From the IMG/VR virus record IMGVR_UViG_3300025608_000023, positions 1 through 58,658 of that record: a stretch of DNA of 58,658 bases; one strand, written 5' to 3'. The stretch comes from a virus. Lineage: Duplodnaviria; Caudoviricetes. Position numbers and translations under genes: made by a program. Under the pieces are notes generated by a model, which made no database searches, was not told where the DNA came from, and worked only from the letters and a program-made list of their open reading frames with translations. The first letter of the stretch is position 1. Each line of letters opens with the position of its first letter. Below are positions 30,246-39,709 of the stretch, piece by piece.

Positions 30246-32347
30246 TGCAAAATAGTAACTTTTTTAATAATGTAGACCTACAAGAAGTAGATGATGCAGA
30301 CGATACTGTGTACGAATATGGCCTGCCCTCAGAAGAAGAGGCTGGCATAATTGGTACTGTACATAATCTGTATGCCCCGCAGCGTAGAGAAGTTATCAAA
30401 GCACCAGAAGAAAAGCAAGTACCTTTAGAAGATTTAGGTATGGATTCTATTCCCGGCGAGACTATGACAATCAAAACTCCCGGTGAGTACGGTCCTGTTG
30501 AGACTGACTTTAGCTACGCGCCTATAGTAAGAAGTGCTAAATCTGTACTTGACTACGGTAAAAAATTATTATCTGATAAAAAGACGCAGGAAGACGCGGT
30601 AGAGGCTCTAAAGGCTGCACCTGCTGCAGCAGTAGAAGGCGGTAATAAGTTTTTACAAGATCAGATGGCTGCAGCAATGGGTATGGAGGCTGGGTATTCG
30701 TCTGTGAACAGACCTGACGGTGAGGTAGCTAGGTTCGATCCTCTTGCCTTTACAGGGGCTGTAGCACCTGCTGGTATGGCTGCTGTCAGTTCAGCTAAAG
30801 CTGGTGAAACTGTGCTTGGTATATTTGGTAGTACTACTGGAAGAAATGCACAAAAACGGTTTTCTAAATTTCATGAAGAGGTAGAAAAAGCAGATGATTT
30901 AGAATTTGATACACCAAAAGAACGTGAAGAGTACCTCTTTAAAAAAAGTAATGGCGTGTTTTTAGATGAATCTAATACTCCAAGATTTGAAATACCCACA
31001 AAAGATGTTGATTTACTTCCCTACTTTAAACGTAGGAATCTTATAGAGGGTACATCTGACTCATACGAAATTATGCCTGATCCAACCATGAGGACAGAAA
31101 CAGTCCTTGCAGATGTACTAAAGTTTGATGAACTATTTAATGAGTACCCCGAATTAAAAAACTATAGAGTAGAACCGTTATCCGAAGAGGATATTCTGGG
31201 TGGAACATTAGGCATATATTCCCCTAGTACAACAACTTTGTATGTTGCTCCACAAAAAAGAAAAGAATTTCTAAGTACTTTGTTACATGAAGTGCAACAC
31301 GCTGTAGATGATCTGGAAGATTTACAGTTCGGCTCAAATCCAGAAAGATTTACTACTTTTAGTAATGAACGGCTTGGTGCTGAAAGACGAAACTTTTTTT
31401 ATTATTTAACCAATAAAGAAACATCGGATAGTCTTGATAAATATACTCCTGACGAATTAGAAATATTAAAATCAAAAGAACACAGGAAATTAATGCCTCT
31501 TGCATTTAGTGGGCTTGATTTTACTGAACCAATGGATGAATTTAGAGATTTATATAAACCTATTATTGCAAAAATGGCAGACTGGGAAAAAGAAAAATTT
31601 GATGAGTTAGTTCAGCTACAGAAAGAAACATATTTAGATTCACAGGAGGCATATAGAAAATACAGAGGTACTCCGGGGGAAGTAGATGCCCGTAATGTAC
31701 AAAAAAGATTTTTAAATCCTGAGTTACAGTTAACTACATTACCAAGTAAGACAGCCGATACAGAAAAACTTTTTGGCTTGGTGGATAAAAGAGGTGATAA
31801 AGTTTCTAGTGTTTCAGAGACAATCCCTGTCTTTCCTAAACCAGAAAGAATGTTCCCGGAAGGTGAAAGACCTAAAGGTGGCAAGTATTTAAATCCTATT
31901 ACTGGTGATGATCTTACTGGCATGAATGTACCTAGTGCTAATATAAAAATAAACCCTGATGGCAGACCTTCTTTTACCGTGACTAATCAAAACGTAGATT
32001 CAGTAGGTACTATAGGTAAGGGGAATACACAAATTAAAACAAATCTGTTTAAGAGTAAGGCAGGGTGGAAGTGGAAAGAATCTAGTGTAGACACAGACAA
32101 TATTAATACAGTTATTTCTGTTACACACAAAGGTAAACATTACTACACGCTAGAGACAGATTTTTCTAAAGGTGTTACACTAAAAAATTATCCAGAATCT
32201 AAGACAGAACCGAAGCTGCGTCCTACAGTACAAGGACAAGTAAAAATAGGTAATAGGATTGGTACGATTAATGTACGAGGTGTAGAGCATCCTGTGTACG
32301 ATAAAGTTGTGACATTTGCCAAAGGTGGTTTAATGACAAGACGATGA
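30245..32347 (+). CDS. Large polyvalent-type protein with zincin metallopeptidase motif (LPD23-like)
   Basis: RFEI...ELFNEYPEL...TLLHEVQHAV...GEVDARNVQKR; C-terminal FAKGGLMTRR. Confidence 0.7.
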   Translation: MQNSNFFNNVDLQEVDDADDTVYEYGLPSEEEAGIIGTVHNLYAPQRREVIKAPEEKQVPLEDLGMDSIPGETMTIKTPGEYGPVETDFSYAPIVRSAKSVLDYGKKLLSDKKTQEDAVEALKAAPAAAVEGGNKFLQDQMAAAMGMEAGYSSVNRPDGEVARFDPLAFTGAVAPAGMAAVSSAKAGETVLGIFGSTTGRNAQKRFSKFHEEVEKADDLEFDTPKEREEYLFKKSNGVFLDESNTPRFEIPTKDVDLLPYFKRRNLIEGTSDSYEIMPDPTMRTETVLADVLKFDELFNEYPELKNYRVEPLSEEDILGGTLGIYSPSTTTLYVAPQKRKEFLSTLLHEVQHAVDDLEDLQFGSNPERFTTFSNERLGAERRNFFYYLTNKETSDSLDKYTPDELEILKSKEHRKLMPLAFSGLDFTEPMDEFRDLYKPIIAKMADWEKEKFDELVQLQKETYLDSQEAYRKYRGTPGEVDARNVQKRFLNPELQLTTLPSKTADTEKLFGLVDKRGDKVSSVSETIPVFPKPERMFPEGERPKGGKYLNPITGDDLTGMNVPSANIKINPDGRPSFTVTNQNVDSVGTIGKGNTQIKTNLFKSKAGWKWKESSVDTDNINTVISVTHKGKHYYTLETDFSKGVTLKNYPESKTEPKLRPTVQGQVKIGNRIGTINVRGVEHPVYDKVVTFAKGGLMTRR

Positions 32348-32354
32348 TACGAGT

Positions 32355-32380
32355 AAGGGGGCAATTAAGCCCCCTCTTTT
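32355..32380. terminator. Terminator at the convergence of the two transcription arms
   Basis: AGGGGGC-AATTAA-GCCCCCT stem-loop followed by CTTTT. Confidence 0.8.
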
Positions 32381-32384
32381 GTGT

Positions 32385-32768
32385 CTAACGATTGTCTCCA
32401 TCACCGCTAATCTTACCCCTGTCTTTCCTCCCCTGCAACTTACTCAAGTTAGCTGCTGCAAGTGCCGACAACTCAAAGCCTAAGTCATTGGCTAGTGCCG
32501 CACAGTACCATAGTACATCCCCAATCTCTGCAGCAATCTCCAACTTCTTAACCTCAAATGATTCACGGTCAGCACCGTCACGAATGAACTTCTTGACCTT
32601 GTTAGCTACCTCACCAGCCTCACCAGCCAGCCCTAAAGCTGGGTAGGTGATTGCGTGTGTCTTAGGATAGATGGCAAACTCAGCGGCCTTCTCTTGGTAT
32701 TCTTGTAGTTTCATATCTTTGTTCCTCTCTTTCATCCAGTTGTTAGCTTCTTGCTCTAGCTTGTTCAT
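32385..32768 (-). CDS. mazG: MazG-like nucleotide pyrophosphohydrolase
   Basis: GLAGEAGEVANKVKK...EIGDVLWY...GDGDNR. Confidence 0.9.
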   Translation of the reverse strand: MNKLEQEANNWMKERNKDMKLQEYQEKAAEFAIYPKTHAITYPALGLAGEAGEVANKVKKFIRDGADRESFEVKKLEIAAEIGDVLWYCAALANDLGFELSALAAANLSKLQGRKDRGKISGDGDNR

Positions 32769-32979
32769 TGTGTTGTACCTTCTTTAGATTAGCGTAGTAA
32801 GCATCGTTATAACCACGCTCCCATTCACGGTGCTGCATGGTGTTTGTGTCCATGTTACTATCACGTGCAAATAGTTTACCTTTCCTTCCTGTTGTGTGGC
32901 CCTTGACAAAGGCGTCATAGCCCCACTGGTATTGAATCCTTAATGGGGCATCGTACTTACCTAAACCATTACGCCTCAT
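32743..32979 (-). CDS. Hypothetical protein with RMF-like motif
   Basis: YQWGYDAF...REWERGYNDA. Confidence 0.6.
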   Translation of the reverse strand: MRRNGLGKYDAPLRIQYQWGYDAFVKGHTTGRKGKLFARDSNMDTNTMQHREWERGYNDAYYANLKKVQHNEQARARS

Positions 32980-33517
32980 GCATATTCTCCTTTATCTTGT
33001 AGTTAAAAAGTTTAATGGTTGTTAGTTTATCAATCTTAAACCATTCACCACGCCGTTCACTAGAGAAGTGTTCAAAGGTACGGTGCATCTCTCGTTCCAT
33101 GCTGTGCCGATTGTCTGTAGCCATACGTGCCACAACAACGTAGTCGCGGAAGGGTGATGATGTCTGGTATCCCTTACACCTGTCATCTGCATCCACTGCC
33201 TTGCCTACCTTAACCCAATCAGGCCACGCTGTATTCATTACGGCATACACTTCACCTTCAGCTACGCTTTCAATCTTGTTGTGTGACCAAGCATCGTCTA
33301 GTGATTTGTAACGACCCGGTTTGTGTAGTGGGTGAGAACTGGGTATGTACTTACCGTTAACAAACATCCTACTGGTGTTCTTGGCAGCATGAGTGGACAC
33401 CCTTTGTCTGTACCCACTTGGGCTTTTGTACCACCACTCACCATCCTCGAACACTGGCTTACTCCTAGTGTACGTAGTTGCATTCTCTTTATTGGCCTTG
33501 AACTGATCCATTAACAT
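32969..33517 (-). CDS. GIY-YIG superfamily (T5orf172-like) protein
   Basis: GEVYAV...WVKVGKA...RCKGYQTSSP...EREMH...RGEWF. Confidence 0.8.
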   Translation of the reverse strand: MLMDQFKANKENATTYTRSKPVFEDGEWWYKSPSGYRQRVSTHAAKNTSRMFVNGKYIPSSHPLHKPGRYKSLDDAWSHNKIESVAEGEVYAVMNTAWPDWVKVGKAVDADDRCKGYQTSSPFRDYVVVARMATDNRHSMEREMHRTFEHFSSERRGEWFKIDKLTTIKLFNYKIKENMHEA

Positions 33518-33723
33518 TACTTACCTCCTTTGCGAGAGCCTCGCTGTTTCTCTTGTTGCATTGTATATACTAGGTGGTTAATCTCATCACGCATGATACC
33601 AATATCCTTTAGCTGTTTATCTGTCAACGAGTTTAACTCACGTATAATAGCACGTGTTTTTCGCCAATCAACTAGATATCGAAAGAATCGTACTAGCATT
33701 GTCTCCATAATCATTCGTTTCAT
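33517..33723 (-). CDS. DUF1127 (YjiS-like) small protein
   Basis: WRKTRAIIRELNSLTDKQLKDIGIMRDEI. Confidence 0.8.
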   Translation of the reverse strand: MKRMIMETMLVRFFRYLVDWRKTRAIIRELNSLTDKQLKDIGIMRDEINHLVYTMQQEKQRGSRKGGK

Positions 33724-33926
33724 TCGTCTTTCTCCTTCTCTACAGATGCAATCAGTGCCTTGCTAAAAGCGTCCTCTGCTGCAACAAGCTGGTCAAGGCT
33801 GAATCGTGCTTCTGTGATGCGGCCTTTCAAGTTACGTACCTGATTTACAAAGTATTTAGACTGCTCATCAAGGTCAGCAAAGTCATACTCAGTTTCGTTA
33901 ATCGTGATTTTGTTTTGCTCTGTCAT
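33720..33926 (-). CDS. Hypothetical protein
   Basis: AGGAG RBS; ITINETEY...coiled coil. Confidence 0.7.
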   Translation of the reverse strand: MTEQNKITINETEYDFADLDEQSKYFVNQVRNLKGRITEARFSLDQLVAAEDAFSKALIASVEKEKDE

Positions 33927-34062
33927 TATCTTTCTCCTTCTCTTTCAGTTTCATCCACTCGTTATAGCTGGGGTGGTTGCGAGGTGGGTTATGTTGTACC
34001 CACCCCTCACCTTGTTTCCAGACTAGTTTAGAGTTTACTTGTGTCTTCGTTGAATGTACCAT
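33898..34062 (-). CDS. 54-aa hypothetical protein (LVWKQGEGWVQHNPPRNHPSYNEW), not in ORF track
   Basis: Manual translation; fills the gap between neighbours. Confidence 0.4.
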   Translation of the reverse strand: MVHSTKTQVNSKLVWKQGEGWVQHNPPRNHPSYNEWMKLKEKEKDNDRAKQNHD

Positions 34063-34243
34063 CAGGCACTGCCTTCTCTAGTGTATCCATATTACTAGAA
34101 TCAATCTCTCCATTAACATTGATAGCACCACCATGCCAATCATTCTTTGAGATTGTTAAATCAGAACAGTACGCATACAGAGAACTGAATGCTGCTGCCG
34201 CTGCTGCTACATCTTTTGTGTACGTATCAAACTTAATCTTCAT
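34028..34243 (-). CDS. Hypothetical protein
   Basis: Start MKIKF behind an AGGAG RBS. Confidence 0.6.
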   Translation of the reverse strand: MKIKFDTYTKDVAAAAAAFSSLYAYCSDLTISKNDWHGGAINVNGEIDSSNMDTLEKAVPDGTFNEDTSKL

Positions 34244-34406
34244 CTTTGTTTTCTCCTTCCTTATGGCGGTCCATCGCCTTTTCAATTAGGGATATAAACC
34301 CCTCACTAATCAGTGCTTTTGTGGCTTCGTCATCACAGTCAAACACGATGGTTGCTGAACCATCTTCGTGTTCCATGACTTCCTGTATATCAATCTTTCC
34401 TAGCAT
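34233..34406 (-). CDS. Hypothetical protein
   Basis: EHEDGSATIVFDCD motif; AAGGA RBS. Confidence 0.6.
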   Translation of the reverse strand: MLGKIDIQEVMEHEDGSATIVFDCDDEATKALISEGFISLIEKAMDRHKEGENKDED

Positions 34407-34623
34407 TGTCAATATCCTTTTCAATCCAGTGCCTACACCAGAATTGTTCTCCACACTTTTCAATCTCTTCTTTGGGATAGCCTTCTTGTACAAACCATTC
34501 CATGAGATTAAAGGTTTCTTTCAATCCATAATCATCACCGCCATAAAACATCACTGCTTCTTGTGGCAATTCTTTTGGGAAGCCATACTTCCACCCGCTT
34601 GGTGGGTCAATCATATATCGCAT
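34390..34623 (-). CDS. Hypothetical protein
   Basis: IDPPSGWKYGFPK motif; AGGAG RBS. Confidence 0.65.
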   Translation of the reverse strand: MRYMIDPPSGWKYGFPKELPQEAVMFYGGDDYGLKETFNLMEWFVQEGYPKEEIEKCGEQFWCRHWIEKDIDNARKD

Positions 34624-34728
34624 GTCTAACTCCTTTCGTAAAGTGCATAGGTGGGAGTTGGTGGCTATTTTCCTCTACAGGCATCCATAGTCTGACTACG
34701 GCTATCCAGTGCCACCCAACTGGAAACT

Positions 34729-36672
34729 TTATGCTGCTGTCAAGTCAACCACCTCACAAACTCCAGCAGTACAAGCCAACTCACGTCCACCTGATGTAGT
34801 GTCTTCCTTCTCAAACTCCTGCAGTTGTGACCAGTTTACACTATCTGGCATCTTTGTCAACATCTCATTGTACTCATCTTCATTACAATCTTGATAAGGT
34901 GCTTGTGCATACGTGTGGTCACTGAATGGTAGGAAGCTGATGCCTGACACTTCATCGAAGTGTTTATATACCCATGCACCTACGTCCATCCACTCAGTCT
35001 CTTTGACAGAGATGGTCACTGATGGCTTATGTTCACACCAGTAACGCTGATACATCAGCCACAAATCAAGCTGCTCTATTGCAGTCATAGCAGTACGAGT
35101 GACTGCCCCCTTGGGTGACTTCATAGGGAAGCTGAACACTGTAGTAGAGTCAGGCTTCATTACGTCAGGCTCTGCTGGGATACCTTCAGACATCAGGAAC
35201 TGTGTCAGTGGGTCTTTGTTATCTCCACGTACAGTACGGATGTAGTATGGGTTATGCCTTGCATGAATACCAGACGCACTGTCCACTAGCTGTGACACTG
35301 TACCAGATGGTTTGACACAGGTGATCGCAGTTGACTGTGGGATACCAAGCTGTTGTGCCATAGCCGCATTAGTCTCTACTGCTGTGTCACGCAAACTCTC
35401 TAATGTCTGCCCAATGTTCTTACCAAGGTGTGATGATGTACCACTGAGCAAGTCACTGTCCATGATACCTGTTAGTGATACGCCCAACAACCGTTCTTCC
35501 TCTGTGTTCTTCTGCCAAATCTTACGCAGATACTTGAAGTCAGTCAGTGTTGATTGGAATGTACCAAGGATTGTAGCCAAGCGTACCTTCTCTCGTAGTG
35601 TTTGCTGCGTGTCATTAGCACGTGCTACAACCTCAGACAGATTACAGAACTGATATGGACGCAAGATAATTTCACTGCAAGGGTTGCAACCGAAATCATG
35701 TTCCACATCACGCCGACCATTCTTAGCGGCCTGTGTTTTTGCAGCCTGACGGTTGAAGATACCACGCTCACCTGACTTACTCTCGTACAGTGACACCCAT
35801 TCACGCATGAATGTACCCATCTCAGGCTTAGTCTTGTACGCTACAGAGTTGTTAGCCAACGCACGTTGCCCTTCATTCTCCCACCACATACCTGACTTAG
35901 CGTGTGCCATCTGGTCATCATTAAGATTAGACAATGAAATCAATGCACTACGGCGTACACCACCGACTACAACAACCTCACCAATCTTACACATGATGTC
36001 GTGGCATTCGATAGGGAATAGCCTACGTCCTTTTGCTGCCTTGAACTTGTCAATGACGAAGCGGAACAAGTCTTCCAGAGGTGCTGGACCACTGGCACGA
36101 CCACCGAATGTCTTTAGACGCTCACCTGCTGGGCGTACTTCTGATGTATCCCACTTAGGTATCTGTCCTGCATACAGCAACGACACAAGTTCACGTAGAG
36201 ACTTAGCCCAGCCCGGACGACTATCGCCAACCTTAATCACTGTGTCTGTCTCATGCATGTCCTCATTAACCATAGGCAACTTCTCAACGCAGTGTCGCTC
36301 CACAGAGAAGCCTACGCCTGTGCCACACATCAAGATGTACATAGTCTCATCGAATGCTCTAGGGCTATCCACAGGGACGTATGAGCAGTTGTATGCACCT
36401 ACGTGGCAACGGTCTAGTGCAGGGCCAGATGTCATCAAGGCTCTCATGCTAGGCATGATGTCCTGATTGAGTACTGCTTGCTCTAGTTCACCACGTAATT
36501 CATCCGACAATACGTACTTGCAGGATTCCTTGAGGTGGTTAGTCATGTAATCAAAGTATCGTTCTACTGTCTCACCCCATGTCTCACGGCGTTGTTCGTC
36601 TTCTTTCCATCGTGCATACCGTGATAGCGCGATGAAGTTTTGATAGTCTGTTGGTAATGTATTACTAATCAT
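34729..36672 (-). CDS. nrdJ: Class II (adenosylcobalamin-dependent) ribonucleotide reductase
   Basis: PSMRAL, NCSY, GGVRRSALI, NPCSEI, TCVKPSGTVS, C-terminal CTAGVC; no nrdB present. Confidence 0.92.
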   Translation of the reverse strand: MISNTLPTDYQNFIALSRYARWKEDEQRRETWGETVERYFDYMTNHLKESCKYVLSDELRGELEQAVLNQDIMPSMRALMTSGPALDRCHVGAYNCSYVPVDSPRAFDETMYILMCGTGVGFSVERHCVEKLPMVNEDMHETDTVIKVGDSRPGWAKSLRELVSLLYAGQIPKWDTSEVRPAGERLKTFGGRASGPAPLEDLFRFVIDKFKAAKGRRLFPIECHDIMCKIGEVVVVGGVRRSALISLSNLNDDQMAHAKSGMWWENEGQRALANNSVAYKTKPEMGTFMREWVSLYESKSGERGIFNRQAAKTQAAKNGRRDVEHDFGCNPCSEIILRPYQFCNLSEVVARANDTQQTLREKVRLATILGTFQSTLTDFKYLRKIWQKNTEEERLLGVSLTGIMDSDLLSGTSSHLGKNIGQTLESLRDTAVETNAAMAQQLGIPQSTAITCVKPSGTVSQLVDSASGIHARHNPYYIRTVRGDNKDPLTQFLMSEGIPAEPDVMKPDSTTVFSFPMKSPKGAVTRTAMTAIEQLDLWLMYQRYWCEHKPSVTISVKETEWMDVGAWVYKHFDEVSGISFLPFSDHTYAQAPYQDCNEDEYNEMLTKMPDSVNWSQLQEFEKEDTTSGGRELACTAGVCEVVDLTAA

Positions 36673-36675
36673 ATC

Positions 36676-36837
36676 TTACTCCGTTATAGTTCGCATTGTT
36701 TTAATGTCAGCACCGTCTACATCATAGAAGTATTCACGGATACCGTCCTCAATTTCTTCCCCAACCTGCCCATCTGCAGGTATGGGGTACTCGTCTTCGT
36801 CAATGTCAATGGTCAGAAATACTTTAACTCGTGCCAT
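36676..36837 (-). CDS. 53-aa acidic hypothetical protein (MARVKVFLTIDIDEDEYPIPADG...)
   Basis: Manual translation; fills the gap upstream of nrdJ. Confidence 0.6.
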   Translation of the reverse strand: MARVKVFLTIDIDEDEYPIPADGQVGEEIEDGIREYFYDVDGADIKTMRTITE

Positions 36838-37087
36838 CTGCCATAACCTCTTCGATTAACTTATCCAGATACCATCTGGCTTTCTCTAAGTCCTCTAGTG
36901 GTTTGTCCTTGTAGTCAAACCGCCATAGGTACTTCATAATGTTACCCTGTAGGTAATACTTAAACCCCTCGTTAGTGGCAGCAGAGATGGCATGAATACA
37001 CTCAATCCCTGTCTGGTTGTAATGGGGTGGGCTGTTTACCATGTCAATCTCTGCCGCCGCTTGCTTCATAAACTGTTCGTGTCTCAT
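36824..37087 (-). CDS. DUF3310 / T7 gp1.7-like nucleotide kinase
   Basis: VNSPPHY...IECI...GNIMKYLWR...EDLEKARWYL. Confidence 0.85.
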   Translation of the reverse strand: MRHEQFMKQAAAEIDMVNSPPHYNQTGIECIHAISAATNEGFKYYLQGNIMKYLWRFDYKDKPLEDLEKARWYLDKLIEEVMADGTS

Positions 37088-37452
37088 GCATTACCTCCTG
37101 TCTTACTGTTGAAGTTAAGGTGTACTATGTTACCGTCATAGGTCTTCTCTACACCACATTCTTCCTCTAGTTCTACATCAATACCTGTATCGTTGTCAAT
37201 AACTTTCATTACGTATTCATGTACTAATTCTCTGAGGCTTTCTTCTTGTTCCATTAGTGGAACGGTAGCACACATCATCTTAACAAAGTGCATAACTTGG
37301 TCAAAGTCTTCATCGTCTAGTGGGTTCTTTTCAAATGCCATAATGGATATGTCAATCTCCCCACTCCAACTGCCCATGTCGTCAGCAAATGGCCTTACTC
37401 GTATCAGGAAGTCTTCCTCTTCCAATGAATCTATAATCTGTTGCTTGTTCAT
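37084..37452 (-). CDS. Hypothetical acidic protein
   Basis: AGGAG RBS; coupled to neighbours. Confidence 0.7.
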   Translation of the reverse strand: MNKQQIIDSLEEEDFLIRVRPFADDMGSWSGEIDISIMAFEKNPLDDEDFDQVMHFVKMMCATVPLMEQEESLRELVHEYVMKVIDNDTGIDVELEEECGVEKTYDGNIVHLNFNSKTGGNA

Positions 37453-37453
37453 A

Positions 37454-37912
37454 TTATCTCCTTTTTACTTTCTTGCCGCTAAACTCTATGAAAGAGCCGT
37501 GCGTATTTTTACCTTTTTCTTTTAACCAATCTTCGGGGATAATACGATCATAGTATCTAAAGCCATGCTTTATACACCAATCTGCATACGAACCTTTAGC
37601 ACCCTTGCTGGTCTTGCTCTTGCTGTTTGTGAAGACAAATCTAATATCTAACTTAGGGTGTTGCTTTTTAATTGCCAGATGCTTACGTCTATCTGCTGCC
37701 ATAAATCTACCCTTAGTCTCGATAATAATACCATTGTCTAACACAAAGTCAGGAGTATAGGTACGGTAGGCTAGGTCTTCCCATTCAATCTTCATCTTCT
37801 CGTATTCGTAACCTACGTCACGTTCATCCAAGTAGACAGAGAGTTTGTGTTCTAACCCGCTACGATACCCATACTTCTTAGCTGCCCTAGTCGCTTTATG
37901 GAACAACGACAT
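37454..37912 (-). CDS. Endonuclease I (T7 gp3-like Holliday junction resolvase)
   Basis: YRSGLE, YTPDF, IIETKGRF, DIRFVF, YADWC. Confidence 0.92.
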   Translation of the reverse strand: MSLFHKATRAAKKYGYRSGLEHKLSVYLDERDVGYEYEKMKIEWEDLAYRTYTPDFVLDNGIIIETKGRFMAADRRKHLAIKKQHPKLDIRFVFTNSKSKTSKGAKGSYADWCIKHGFRYYDRIIPEDWLKEKGKNTHGSFIEFSGKKVKRR

Positions 37913-38750
37913 CTCCTATATAGGATGTAATCGGTGGAACCTTTGCTTTGGACATTACTGCTGGGCGTTCTGTCAAATCATCCCAACAATCAAAACGATA
38001 AGCGCAAAACTTACACCCCGCATTAAGTACTTTGTTACCTGTCTCCTTACCTCTAAACTTCTCTGGTACTGGTTGAAAACACTTTTCAAATTTATTCTCC
38101 TCTACTGTGTCTGCTGTGTGTTGTAGTTTAGCAACTTCCGTGTCTAAGTCAAGGCCAGATGCAGGTACGTACTTAAACTGACCGTTGGCCTTGTTCACTA
38201 CCCACCAGCCACCCACATCTTTGCCAGATGCTTTAGCGTAGCCAGCAAGCTGACCCACATAACCAAAGCTATCGCCTGACGCAAGTGTGTCGTATGACTC
38301 GAACTTGTTGGTGTACGACCAGTTAGACGCGGATTTTACGTCATCAACAGCACCATTAATAACAATATCATATGTTCCATTAACGGTAGTGTTATCCAAC
38401 TCCAAAGAAACGTGTTCAGGCTCTTCATATCGTACTCCTGCAGATTTTAATAGACCCTTGAATACTGCCTCCACAATATCGCCAAGCATCATGTTCATTA
38501 TGAATGTAGTCGGTAGTGGCAATGCCACCTCTGGCTTGTTCTTTTCGTACCAGAGTTGGCAAGTGGGACGACCTATGTTGGACATTCGCAACTTAAAGTC
38601 GCCCCTCTTTTTACCACTGCCGAACTGTCGATGTAATGCATCAGCTACGTCATTGGAGACTTGTTCAATCACCTCCTCTGACATTTCGGTTTTGCCTTTG
38701 ACAGCATCTTCCATGTACTGATGCAATGCTAGTTCAGCAGGATGATGCAT
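37896..38750 (-). CDS. PD-(D/E)XK exonuclease (Cas4-like)
   Basis: LRMSNIGRPTCQLWY, GTYD...DDVKS, YVGQLAGY, CKFCAYRFDC. Confidence 0.8.
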   Translation of the reverse strand: MHHPAELALHQYMEDAVKGKTEMSEEVIEQVSNDVADALHRQFGSGKKRGDFKLRMSNIGRPTCQLWYEKNKPEVALPLPTTFIMNMMLGDIVEAVFKGLLKSAGVRYEEPEHVSLELDNTTVNGTYDIVINGAVDDVKSASNWSYTNKFESYDTLASGDSFGYVGQLAGYAKASGKDVGGWWVVNKANGQFKYVPASGLDLDTEVAKLQHTADTVEENKFEKCFQPVPEKFRGKETGNKVLNAGCKFCAYRFDCWDDLTERPAVMSKAKVPPITSYIGDVVVP

Positions 38751-39646
38751 TAGGCTACATCCTCTTCATCAATCTCAACATCAACAATATCATCAACTAC
38801 ACTAATGTCATCGTCTTCCATATGTGCATTAGCTTTTTCTGTCCACTGGTTGATGATGTAGTTATTGTAGTTATCAATCCAAGACGAGAAGTCAGCAAAC
38901 AATCCCTGATCGTCCTGCGTAATCTCGACAGATTTAGTCAAGTCAAGCGATGAGATAGGTACATAGTACTTAGCACCTGTTGGAATTGTACGCTCCTCTG
39001 TAGAGGCTGTGATGATATGCTGAATAGGCAAGCGTTGCATCTTAGCCAACTTAACGAAGTTGCTACCAATCTCCTTGAAGGCTTCACGATTGTCAATCTC
39101 CCAAATGAACGAGGATGTGATAGGCTCTACAGCCTCCCCCTTGTCGTTGGTAGGATTAATCATCTCAACCTCGCCGAAGACAGCACGTACACGCTTGATA
39201 GACTTTAGCAAGTCTTGCGTATCTTTAGGTAGTGCTTTCCAATCTTTGATGAAGCCAGAAGGTTTACCGCAGTTAAAACCTCCAGCATTATCCTTTAGGT
39301 CAATGTCAAGTGTATCAGCCATGATACTCTTTACATATGTTCCGGGCTTCTTTGCGTCACCCTGAATGTAACGCTTGTGCATGAAGCGTTGTAGGAATGG
39401 ACGCATCTTGATGCTAGTAGCGTAGATAGGTTCCTTGTCCGGGATTTCCAGCTTGTAGTTACCGCCCTCTACTACTTCGATATTCATCATCTTGCCGTTG
39501 ACTTCTGCCTCGCCCATGATTGGGGCATGGCTGATCTTCAAGCGAGGTAATGTACTAGAAGAAGTACCAGTTTTCTCGTGTGCAATACCCATTGCTTTAG
39601 CCATAGCTGCGAAGTCGTTTGTGTCTATTGTAGTCAATTGTGTCAT
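38750..39646 (-). CDS. Putative single-stranded DNA-binding protein
   Basis: Between exonuclease and polymerase; LPRLKI motif; acidic C-terminus. Confidence 0.6.
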   Translation of the reverse strand: MTQLTTIDTNDFAAMAKAMGIAHEKTGTSSSTLPRLKISHAPIMGEAEVNGKMMNIEVVEGGNYKLEIPDKEPIYATSIKMRPFLQRFMHKRYIQGDAKKPGTYVKSIMADTLDIDLKDNAGGFNCGKPSGFIKDWKALPKDTQDLLKSIKRVRAVFGEVEMINPTNDKGEAVEPITSSFIWEIDNREAFKEIGSNFVKLAKMQRLPIQHIITASTEERTIPTGAKYYVPISSLDLTKSVEITQDDQGLFADFSSWIDNYNNYIINQWTEKANAHMEDDDISVVDDIVDVEIDEEDVA

Positions 39647-39679
39647 ATTTTTCTCCTATGTTTTTTCAGAATAGTCCGT

Positions 39680-39709
39680 AGTTATATCACGCTACGTCCT
39701 TAACGTCAA
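39680..39709 (-). promoter_or_regulatory. Promoter overlapping the polymerase stop
   Basis: TTGACG-N17-TATAACT on the - strand. Confidence 0.65.

Noticed and set aside
34656-34728. Hammerhead ribozyme
   Set aside because: CTGA and GAAA-like words occur, but the CUGANGA/GAAA core is not in the required arrangement on either strand.
37896-38750. Cas4 of a CRISPR system
   Set aside because: Stand-alone PD-(D/E)XK nuclease in the usual replication gene order, with no cas1 or array.
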